Below are positions 8,842 to 15,651 of a DNA stretch of 16,829 bases, in pieces. The DNA comes from a bacterium. Lineage in GTDB: Bacteria > Zhuqueibacterota > Zhuqueibacteria > Oceanimicrobiales > Oceanimicrobiaceae. Position 1 is the stretch's first letter. The number at the start of each line of letters is the position of its first letter. The stretch spans positions 1 to 16,829 of the forward strand of contig JBHIAC010000068.1 of assembly GCA_046758365.1 (NCBI GenBank), read 5' to 3'. The notes below the pieces were generated by a model. That model made no database searches. It was not told the DNA's origin and saw only the letters and a list, made by a program, of their open reading frames with translations. The translations under genes were made by a program, and so were the position numbers.

Positions 8842-9210
8842 ATGAAAAATGAATGCCCCCAAAAAATTATGAATGTTATGCTTATGACTGTATTAATTTT
8901 GTGTCTTTTTGTAAGTTTTACCTTACCGTGCTTAGCACAAGAAAAAAATCACCCTCCCCAAGTGAATACAGATCAAGATGATCAGGACTTTGAGAAAAAG
9001 AAAGAAAGTATAAAATTACTTTTAGATAAAATTGAAATTTTAGGTCATATAGAAAAACCTCAAACAATGTTTATTATTCCTGGAACTGATCCCACGGTGG
9101 ATGACATACAAATTGATCGATCATTTTTTAAAGAAATTTTTCGATCCATTGAAAAGGACGATTTTCCTAGAAATATTGAAAAGTTAGGACGCCAACACAT
9201 TCTCTGGTAG
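8842..9210 (+). CDS. Small exported protein, GltF/CglF-like
   Basis: SD-like GAGG upstream; signal peptide (…LPCLA/QE); motif IEILGHIEKPQTMFIIP followed by RSF, resembling the GltF I.G...KP...I pattern; lies between the large TPR gene and the motor genes. Confidence 0.6.
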   Translation: MKNECPQKIMNVMLMTVLILCLFVSFTLPCLAQEKNHPPQVNTDQDDQDFEKKKESIKLLLDKIEILGHIEKPQTMFIIPGTDPTVDDIQIDRSFFKEIFRSIEKDDFPRNIEKLGRQHILW

Positions 9211-9324
9211 AAACGGAGGTTTAATTAAATTTTTTATGAATTATTTTAATTCTGTAAACGGAACCTCATTAGATCAAAAAAGTCAACGATTTCAATTGGG
9301 GTGCGAAATCTTTTTTAGTAATAA

Positions 9325-9459
9325 ATGACGTTGGTGCAAAAACAGGATAATTTCAACTTTAAGCAATCGTAATTTCAATATTTAGGACGTGGGATTTTTA
9401 TCCAACGTCCTTTACATCTTAAGATTTTTAGCTCCCGAATCTTTTTGCACCTACGTCAT
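9325..9459. repeat. Nested inverted-repeat element (structured RNA leader or MITE-like)
   Basis: Outer arms ATGACGTTGGTGCAAAAA (9325-9342) and TTTTTGCACCTACGTCAT (9442-9459), 17/18 paired. Inner hairpin AGGACGTGGGAT-tttt-ATCCAACGTCCT (9384-9411), 11/12 paired. Confidence 0.8.
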
Positions 9460-9491
9460 AAATTAAATAATAAAAATTGGAGGATTGTGCT

Positions 9492-10106
9492 TTGGATTAT
9501 GTATATTTAGCGTTCAAGAATGGGGGGCCATTCATGTATGTCATTTTGGCTACTTTAATTTTTGGGCTCGCAATAATTGTAGAAAGATTTATTTTTATTA
9601 CCGTTAAAAACCGCATTGATACGACTAGTTTTATTAATAAGATTATACATCTTATTCAAGATGGGAGCATTTCTAGCGCTGTTGAATTTTGTAGCATGTC
9701 AAGAGCTGCGTTACCGAAAATAACCAAAGCAGGCTTACAGGAATTTGGTAAAAGCCCAAAGGAAATTCAAAATGCTTTTGAATTGGCAGCTATGGCTGAA
9801 ATTCCAAAGTTGGAAAAGCGAACCCACTATCTTGCCATGATAGCCAATGTAGCTACACTTCTTGGTCTTTTGGGAACGATTATTGGATTAATTCAGTCCT
9901 TCCAGGCCGTTGCAATTGCGGATTCTTCCCAAAAAGCCGCTCTTCTTTCCGCCGGGATATCGGTTGCTATGAATACGACAGCATTTGGCCTTACGGTTGC
10001 TATCCCTTGTATGGTGTTCCACTCCTACATACAATCCAAAACTAACGCCATTATCGATGAGATTAATGAAAATGTAGCCAGAATTTACCAGAGAATTGTA
10101 AAATAA
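9492..10106 (+). CDS. MotA/TolQ/ExbB proton-channel subunit (AglR-like)
   Basis: GG.FMY N-terminal TM, IVER, ANVATLLGLLGTIIGLI.SF, GISVAMNTTAFGL.VAIP. GGAGG at 9479-9483 lies 8 nt before TTG 9492, the likely start (ORF track: 9477). Confidence 0.93.
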   Translation: MDYVYLAFKNGGPFMYVILATLIFGLAIIVERFIFITVKNRIDTTSFINKIIHLIQDGSISSAVEFCSMSRAALPKITKAGLQEFGKSPKEIQNAFELAAMAEIPKLEKRTHYLAMIANVATLLGLLGTIIGLIQSFQAVAIADSSQKAALLSAGISVAMNTTAFGLTVAIPCMVFHSYIQSKTNAIIDEINENVARIYQRIVK

Positions 10107-10107
10107 G

Positions 10108-10566
10108 ATGAATTTGAAAAAATCTCTTGGCCGAGAACGCCGCGACCTGCAAGAGGATGTGAATATTACACCCGTAATGAATATTTTTTTAATCCTCATT
10201 CCATTTTTACTATTAACTGCAGTATTCGTTAAAATTGCCGTGATAGAATTTTCCTTACCAAGCGTGGACAAAAAAGCTGGAGGATCAGAAACTAAGCAGA
10301 ACAAAGCTGTGGTCACAATTTTAGCCATTAATGAAAAGGGTTTTGAACTAAAAACTCAAGGAGCAAAATATCCCATCATTTTTAAAAAACATGATAATTT
10401 TGACTTTCAAACCTTGGTGGCAAAACTAAAAGAAGTCAAACGATTGCATAAGGATGCCGAAGATATTATCATTGCACCCCAAGCATACATAAAATACGAT
10501 ACAATTATAAAAGTTATGGATAGATGTAGAGAAAACGGTTTTTCTAATATTTCTATTTCAGGTTAG
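10108..10566 (+). CDS. exbD: ExbD/TolR-family subunit 1 (AglQ-like position; TM Asp replaced by Asn)
   Basis: NITPVMNIFLILIPFLLLTAVF TM segment; C-terminal IKYDTIIKVMD.CRENGF.NISI. Confidence 0.88.
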   Translation: MNLKKSLGRERRDLQEDVNITPVMNIFLILIPFLLLTAVFVKIAVIEFSLPSVDKKAGGSETKQNKAVVTILAINEKGFELKTQGAKYPIIFKKHDNFDFQTLVAKLKEVKRLHKDAEDIIIAPQAYIKYDTIIKVMDRCRENGFSNISISG

Positions 10567-10569
10567 ACC

Positions 10570-11088
10570 ATGTATTTTAATTTTGACAATGACGATAAGT
10601 TTGTAGTCTATCCACGTAAACGTAAATCATATAGTTCAATTACTATACGATTAACCTCTATGATTGATATGTTTACCATTCTTCTTGTCTTCCTCTTAAA
10701 AAGTTTTTCAGCAGAGGGGGAGATCATGACGGTAGCCAAGGATCTGAATTTGCCAGAATCAACAGCTAAAACGCCCCCAAAGGCTACTCCGTTATTAATG
10801 ATTACCAATGAATGGATAATTCTCGATGGTAATCCTGTTGAAAAAATCTCCAATATCATAGTTGAAAAAAATCTCGTCATTACAAAGCTATTAAAACAAT
10901 TACAAAAAATACGCTCTTTTTCCGAGAATTTAGGTCAATTAGATATTAACATGAGGTTTAAAGGGAATATTACTATTCAAGGGGACAAAGAAATTCCCTT
11001 CCAAGTACTGAAGAAAGTAATGTTCACATGTGGTCAGGTCGGATTTAACAACATGCTTTTGGCGGTGAATCAGGAGGAAAAGCTTTAG
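10570..11088 (+). CDS. exbD: ExbD/TolR-family subunit 2 (AglS-like; TM Asp retained)
   Basis: LTSMIDMFTILLVFLLKSFS, LNLPES, IQGDKEIPFQVLKKVMFTCGQVGF. Confidence 0.9.
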   Translation: MYFNFDNDDKFVVYPRKRKSYSSITIRLTSMIDMFTILLVFLLKSFSAEGEIMTVAKDLNLPESTAKTPPKATPLLMITNEWIILDGNPVEKISNIIVEKNLVITKLLKQLQKIRSFSENLGQLDINMRFKGNITIQGDKEIPFQVLKKVMFTCGQVGFNNMLLAVNQEEKL

Positions 11089-11093
11089 AAGTA

Positions 11094-12425
11094 ATGGCCA
11101 AATCAAAAACACAACTTTCCTTGAAAATTGAACAGGCAGGTAAAGTCTCCTATCATAGGCTTACCAGAAACGATAGATTAACCATTGGTAAAAATCTAAA
11201 TAACGATATCACTATTTTTGGAGACCATTTTCCTAAAAAACATATTTTATTTTCAAGGAATAATAACCAATTTGAGATTAGAATTCAAAATTATATGAAA
11301 GGTAAAGTCCGGGTTGGTCAATCTCAGTTGTCTTTTAAAGACATGATTGTTCATAACCTCTTGCCAGTTAAAGGAAACAGTTTTTCTTACTCGCTCACTC
11401 AAAATAAAGAAGGCTATATAATTATTGGCGATGCCAAAATATCATTTCGTTTTGTTGGCGGTGGGACTCAAGACTCACGCGAACTGAGCATTCCAAAATT
11501 TAAAGGATATTCCTGGCTTTATGCTACTCTAAAAGATATGTGCCGGGACATTCCTTTCAAGGCGATCGTACTTTTGTTTATAATATTTCATGCCTTGATG
11601 CTGAATTATATGAGTAAACATGCGAAGGATTTTAAGCCACAAGTAAATGTATCGAAAGTTCCGGAGCGTTTTGCAAAATTTATAATAAAAAGTCCGCCAA
11701 CGACTAAAGAGATAAAAAAGTCAACTACGAGAGGTGTGGAGGAAGAAGAAAGCAGTCCCACAGAAAAAACCGAACGAAGTCGAGCAGAAGAAAGCAGGGG
11801 GAAAAAAGCCAAACCAGAAGCTCAAGGTATTCTTGGATTATTAACCGGTAAGGGTAGTACTGACCATTCGAGTTCCACGATTGATTTTCTATTGGATAAA
11901 AGACTAGTTAGAGAACTGGATCAGGTTATGTCTAATTCAAAACTACAGGTTGGCAAAGGTAATAACAGCGGGAACGATTTAGATAATTTGATTTCTCTGA
12001 GTGAATTAGGGAGTGGGATCGATGATATACTAGATGACATTAATCAGGTAGAGTCGGTTTCATTTAAACAAAAGGGTCAAATAGAAATTGAACAAATAGG
12101 TAAGATGAGAGGCAACCATGAAGCACTGGGTAAGCGAACCGAAGAATCAGTGCGCTCGTTAATGCTCTCTTACACAGGAAGACTTACCTATATATACAAC
12201 AAGTATTTAAAACGTGATCCCGAATTAAGGGGCAAAATTGTTACAGAGGTGGTCATTGAAGCCAGTGGTAAAGTTTCAAATGTAAAAATTGTTTCTTCAA
12301 CTGTAAACAATCGGGAATTTGAATTGGAAATATTGAACTTTATTCGAAGATGGCAATATGAGCCTATTGATAAAGGAACAGTAATTGTGACCTATCCTTT
12401 GGTGTTTAATAAAATCGGTGCCTGA
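11094..12425 (+). CDS. TonB/TolA-like energy transducer, GltG/PglI-like (FHA-like N-terminus, one TM, linker, AgmX/PglI-type TonB C-terminal domain)
   Basis: LTIGK...DITI FHA-like start; TM AIVLLFIIFHALML with His; charged and Gly-rich linker; C-terminal RT.E.V...YNKYLKRDPELRGKI...IEASGKV...IVSS...I.RWQY...V.VTYPLVF. Confidence 0.82.
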   Translation: MAKSKTQLSLKIEQAGKVSYHRLTRNDRLTIGKNLNNDITIFGDHFPKKHILFSRNNNQFEIRIQNYMKGKVRVGQSQLSFKDMIVHNLLPVKGNSFSYSLTQNKEGYIIIGDAKISFRFVGGGTQDSRELSIPKFKGYSWLYATLKDMCRDIPFKAIVLLFIIFHALMLNYMSKHAKDFKPQVNVSKVPERFAKFIIKSPPTTKEIKKSTTRGVEEEESSPTEKTERSRAEESRGKKAKPEAQGILGLLTGKGSTDHSSSTIDFLLDKRLVRELDQVMSNSKLQVGKGNNSGNDLDNLISLSELGSGIDDILDDINQVESVSFKQKGQIEIEQIGKMRGNHEALGKRTEESVRSLMLSYTGRLTYIYNKYLKRDPELRGKIVTEVVIEASGKVSNVKIVSSTVNNREFELEILNFIRRWQYEPIDKGTVIVTYPLVFNKIGA

Positions 12426-12445
12426 TCTATTAGAGCTGTATAGAT

Positions 12446-12557
12446 ATTCAAAAACTAACCTTCTTATAAAATCAAATTTTCTTGATTATTAATAACTTAC
12501 GAAGATTATTCAAATGTAAATGAAATGTTAAGATACCAGATGGTTAGCTTTTTGCAT
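12446..12557. repeat. Inverted-repeat intergenic element, copy A
   Basis: ATTCAAAAA-CTAACC (12446-12460), 81 nt, GGTTAGCTTTTTGCAT (12542-12557). Related to the copy at 16647-16758. Confidence 0.65.
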
Positions 12558-12651
12558 TACAAATGGTTTTTATTTGATTCTACCTCTGATTTCTTCTAAA
12601 ATGCCTTCCGACCACTCAGTATCTTGCTCCAAATCATAGTTAAAAAAACTA

Positions 12652-12681
12652 TTGATTTTAAGAATAATTTCAACTTATATT
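12652..12681 (+). promoter_or_regulatory. Candidate sigma70-type promoter upstream of the ECF operon
   Basis: TTGATT (12652-12657), 18-nt spacer, TATATT (12676-12681). Confidence 0.3.
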
Positions 12682-12702
12682 AAAGTGCTTTTTATATCTG
12701 TT

Positions 12703-12731
12703 GCAAACTTTTTAATAACAAGTTTGTCTAA
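12703..12731 (+). promoter_or_regulatory. Candidate autoregulatory ECF-sigma promoter
   Basis: AAACTT (12705-12710), 16 nt, TCTAA (12727-12731, preceded by G). Matches the RpoE-type GAACTT-N16-TCTRA layout, 23 nt upstream of the sigma ATG. Confidence 0.6.
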
Positions 12732-12754
12732 ATAGACTGGAAAATGGAATAAGT

Positions 12755-13330
12755 ATGAATCAAAATGAACAAGCCATAATTAAAGAAGCCCAAAGGGGAA
12801 ATATTTTGGCGTTTGAAACGCTGGTTAAAAAGTATGACCGGCAGGTAATGCAGCTTGCCAACAACCTGGTAAACAACATCTGCGACGCTCAAGAAATATA
12901 TCAAGAAGTGTTTGTAAGGGTGTACAATAATTTGCATCATTTTCACTTTAAGAGTGAATTTTCTACCTGGCTTTATCGGGTGGTCGTTAATTACTGCATA
13001 AATTTCAGGAAGAAGAACAGCCGAATAAAATTTTATTCTCTCGAAGGAGAGGCGATTGAAAACGAGGACAATTGGAAGAGAACCTTCAAAGGTCAAGAAT
13101 TGAACCCAGAGGAATCTGTTCTTAATCAGGAACTCTCAGATCAAATAACCATAGCGTTAGATCAGCTATCAATCAAACAAAAAACAGTTTTTATTTTGAG
13201 ACATTATCATGGTCATAAACTTAAAGAGATTGCAAAAATTATGGATTGTTCGGAAGGCACAATAAAAAATTATCTATTCCGTGCGACCCAAAAAATGAAA
13301 AGACTCTTAAAAGAATATGCTACAACTTAA
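12755..13330 (+). CDS. ECF (sigma70 family) RNA polymerase sigma factor
   Basis: Region 2 (AFETLVKKY, DAQEIYQEVF, SEFSTWLYRVVVNYC) and region 4 (VFILRHYHG..LKEIA.IM.CSEGTIKNYLFRA). Confidence 0.95.
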   Translation: MNQNEQAIIKEAQRGNILAFETLVKKYDRQVMQLANNLVNNICDAQEIYQEVFVRVYNNLHHFHFKSEFSTWLYRVVVNYCINFRKKNSRIKFYSLEGEAIENEDNWKRTFKGQELNPEESVLNQELSDQITIALDQLSIKQKTVFILRHYHGHKLKEIAKIMDCSEGTIKNYLFRATQKMKRLLKEYATT

Positions 13331-13340
13331 AGGTGATGTT

Positions 13341-14297
13341 ATGAAACCCAAAAAGCATTTAGAAAAATTAATTCCCTTATATCTTTATGGGGAATTAAAG
13401 GAAGACGAGAAAAAGGAGTTTGAAGTTCATATAGAATATTGTGAACAGTGCCGCAATCAATTGGAAGAGATGCGCGCTCTATACAATATTTTTGACAAGA
13501 AAATTATTTTTGAGCCTTCAGAAGAACTTTTGGCCCAATCAAGGTTGGAGTTGCGAAACCGCCTTTTAGAAAAAAGAAAAGCTTCGTTAAAAAATATTTG
13601 GTGGCAACAAATTTCGGAATTTTTATTTACAAGAACTGCAGCATTTCAATTAGTTGGCGCGGCTACTTTGTTGGTAATAGGCATTCTTTTGGGTCGATTT
13701 CTCTTCAACCCCAAAGAGACAAGCCAATCATTAAGCACAGAATTTCTAAGCAGCCAATACCCAAGCACGATTTCTCAGCCATTTATTACCAATGTAGATT
13801 TGGTTCAGTACAATCCTAAAACTGAAGAAGTCACCGTGCAGTACAAAAGTATAAACGAGGTTTCGCTGCAAGGGAAAATTGACGATGCATCTATTCGCAA
13901 AATCCTTGTTCACGCCATCCGAAGTGAAGAGCATCCTGGGCATCGAATCACAGCGGTTAAAGCTTTTAGAGGGCGTACTTTCTCAGACGATGAAATTGAA
14001 GATGCGCTTATTTATGCCCTGCAGCATGACGCAATTGATGGAGTTCGACTGCGGGCAGCTAAAGTTTTGAAAGAATTACCCATTAATAAAAAAATTAAAG
14101 AAGCCTTTATTCGCGTTCTTCTAAAAGATTCAAATCCTGCCATTCGAATTGAGGCTATAGATGCTTTGAGCAAAGAAATAGAAAAGAAAGACATGGTTCC
14201 CATTTTTCAGGATGTTGCAAAAGATGATGAAAATGAATTTATCCGGTTAAAAGCCTCTAAGGCATTGGAAAGGCAGGTAAACCCCGATGTTCGTTAA
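13341..14297 (+). CDS. Zinc-binding (zf-HC2/ZAS) transmembrane anti-sigma factor with extracytoplasmic HEAT repeats
   Basis: YLYGEL and HIEYCEQC (HxxxCxxC); one TM (LVGAATLLVIGILLG); HEAT repeats (DGVRLRAA..L, DSNPAIRIEAIDAL, DENEFIRLKA..AL). SD AAGGTG favours ATG 13341 over 13317. Confidence 0.88.
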   Translation: MKPKKHLEKLIPLYLYGELKEDEKKEFEVHIEYCEQCRNQLEEMRALYNIFDKKIIFEPSEELLAQSRLELRNRLLEKRKASLKNIWWQQISEFLFTRTAAFQLVGAATLLVIGILLGRFLFNPKETSQSLSTEFLSSQYPSTISQPFITNVDLVQYNPKTEEVTVQYKSINEVSLQGKIDDASIRKILVHAIRSEEHPGHRITAVKAFRGRTFSDDEIEDALIYALQHDAIDGVRLRAAKVLKELPINKKIKEAFIRVLLKDSNPAIRIEAIDALSKEIEKKDMVPIFQDVAKDDENEFIRLKASKALERQVNPDVR

Positions 14298-14349
14298 AAC
14301 GATTTATGTAGTAGGCTATTATTAAAAATGAATTAAGGAGCGTAAAACC

Positions 14350-15636
14350 ATGAAACCAAAATTAAAACGATTATCGATGTTATATGGCCTGTGGTTTGTT
14401 CCCATTGTATTCTTTTACTCGAGTACTCAGGCCCAAGAGCTTAGAAAAGAAGGGCGGTATTATGTTGCTGAGATAACTAAAAATTACACCGTGAAAAAAG
14501 GCGGCACTCTTAGGATCTATGAAGTTCGTGGTAATGTTCGAGTTGATACTTGGGACAAAAACGAGGTTCAGATTCATGAGATTAAAAAGATGGATGTGTT
14601 TACCGAAGAAGAGGCCAAGGTAGCCCTTGAAAGATCCAAATCCAGTTATCAGCAGAGAGGGGACATTATAGAAATTGGTGGAGAAAGCTACTACCGTGAC
14701 TGGATCAAGAGTAACTTTAAGATAATGGTGCCAAAAGTTTTTAATGTTGACTTGCAGATCCGGGGTGGTGATCTAACGGTTAGCCGACTAACAGGAGAGG
14801 TATCACTGAAAACCTCAGGCGGTGAAATTACTTTAAATGCTATCGATGGGCCGGTGGAGGCTAAAACCTCAGGGGGTGATATTGAAGTAATAAATTCAAA
14901 AAAGAGAGTTACTTTAAAAACTTCAGGTGGCAGTATAGAGTTAGAAAATATTGGTGGACCTCTAATCGCTAAGACATCTGGTGGCGATATTACCCTAAGG
15001 AGTTCTAATGCTATGGTAGATATTCGCACCTCCGGGGGTGACATTGAATTATCTGATGTAGGCGGCGAAGTTAAAGCCCATACTTCTGGAGGGGATATAG
15101 ATGTACAGAACACTAAAGGTGCTGTAAATGTACACACTTCTGGGGGAGACATTGATCTACGCAATATTGGGGGGACTCTTGATGCTTCTACCTCTGGTGG
15201 CGATATCGAAGGGCGAACTATTCAAGGTGGCGCAGAAGTGTCCACTTCTGGTGGTTCCATCGAGTTAAAGGATGTAAAGGGGGGAGTCCGAGGGAAAACC
15301 GCCGGTGGCGATATTTCAGTAGAAATAACCTTGAGGGATTTCAAAAAAGACCATCGGGTAGACCTGCGAACGGCAGGCGGTGAAATAGCGCTCTATATTC
15401 CTGAAAAACTTCCCGCTACCATTCGGGCGGAAATTGAAATTACCGACCGCTGGGAAGACTATAATATCTATTCAGATTTTCCCTTGACCAGTTCCGAAGA
15501 TATGGGTCGCAAAGAAGAACGGCGTTATCGTCGTCGAAGATATATTCGAAGTGAAGGAGATATTAACGGTGGCGGTGACCTGATTGAACTTTACACTACA
15601 AATGGTGATATTCATATTAAAAAATTGAGAAGATAA
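14350..15636 (+). CDS. Exported DUF4097-type beta-strand-repeat protein (putative adhesin family)
   Basis: SD AAGGAG; signal peptide (…STQA/QE); 18-aa repeats with a TSGG.I core; C-terminal G.INGGG..I.L.T.NGDI.I. Confidence 0.88.
   Translation: MKPKLKRLSMLYGLWFVPIVFFYSSTQAQELRKEGRYYVAEITKNYTVKKGGTLRIYEVRGNVRVDTWDKNEVQIHEIKKMDVFTEEEAKVALERSKSSYQQRGDIIEIGGESYYRDWIKSNFKIMVPKVFNVDLQIRGGDLTVSRLTGEVSLKTSGGEITLNAIDGPVEAKTSGGDIEVINSKKRVTLKTSGGSIELENIGGPLIAKTSGGDITLRSSNAMVDIRTSGGDIELSDVGGEVKAHTSGGDIDVQNTKGAVNVHTSGGDIDLRNIGGTLDASTSGGDIEGRTIQGGAEVSTSGGSIELKDVKGGVRGKTAGGDISVEITLRDFKKDHRVDLRTAGGEIALYIPEKLPATIRAEIEITDRWEDYNIYSDFPLTSSEDMGRKEERRYRRRRYIRSEGDINGGGDLIELYTTNGDIHIKKLRR
14752..15345 (+). repeat. 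Coding 54-bp-period degenerate tandem repeat (11 units of 18 aa)
   Basis: IRGG, nine TSGG and TAGG cores in exact 18-residue register; third codon positions vary freely. Confidence 0.85.
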
Positions 15637-15651
15637 TAGAAGGGAGGTAAT

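Noticed and set aside
9325..9459. Retron msr-msd, 6S RNA or a known riboswitch
   Set aside because: No reverse transcriptase in the window, shorter than typical 6S RNA, and no cobalamin, TPP or c-di-GMP consensus that I can recognise. Only an Rfam scan could exclude these fully.
9888..10328. Minus-strand 146-aa ORF and other nested or antisense ORFs (409-663, 799-993, 4533-4730, 8320-8631, 10608-10880, 12728-13096, 13598-13819 and similar)
   Set aside because: They overlap well-supported genes and show no recognisable motifs.
9492..12425. Ordinary TonB-ExbBD uptake or Tol-Pal locus
   Set aside because: Two dissimilar ExbD genes, a transducer with a cytoplasmic FHA-like domain, no receptor, tolB or pal, and linked Glt-like TPR genes fit the Agl-Glt core better.
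14691..15164. Minus-strand 157-aa ORF with SPPEV repeats (also 16197-16451 and 16142-16417)
   Set aside because: Antisense shadows of the TSGG repeats.
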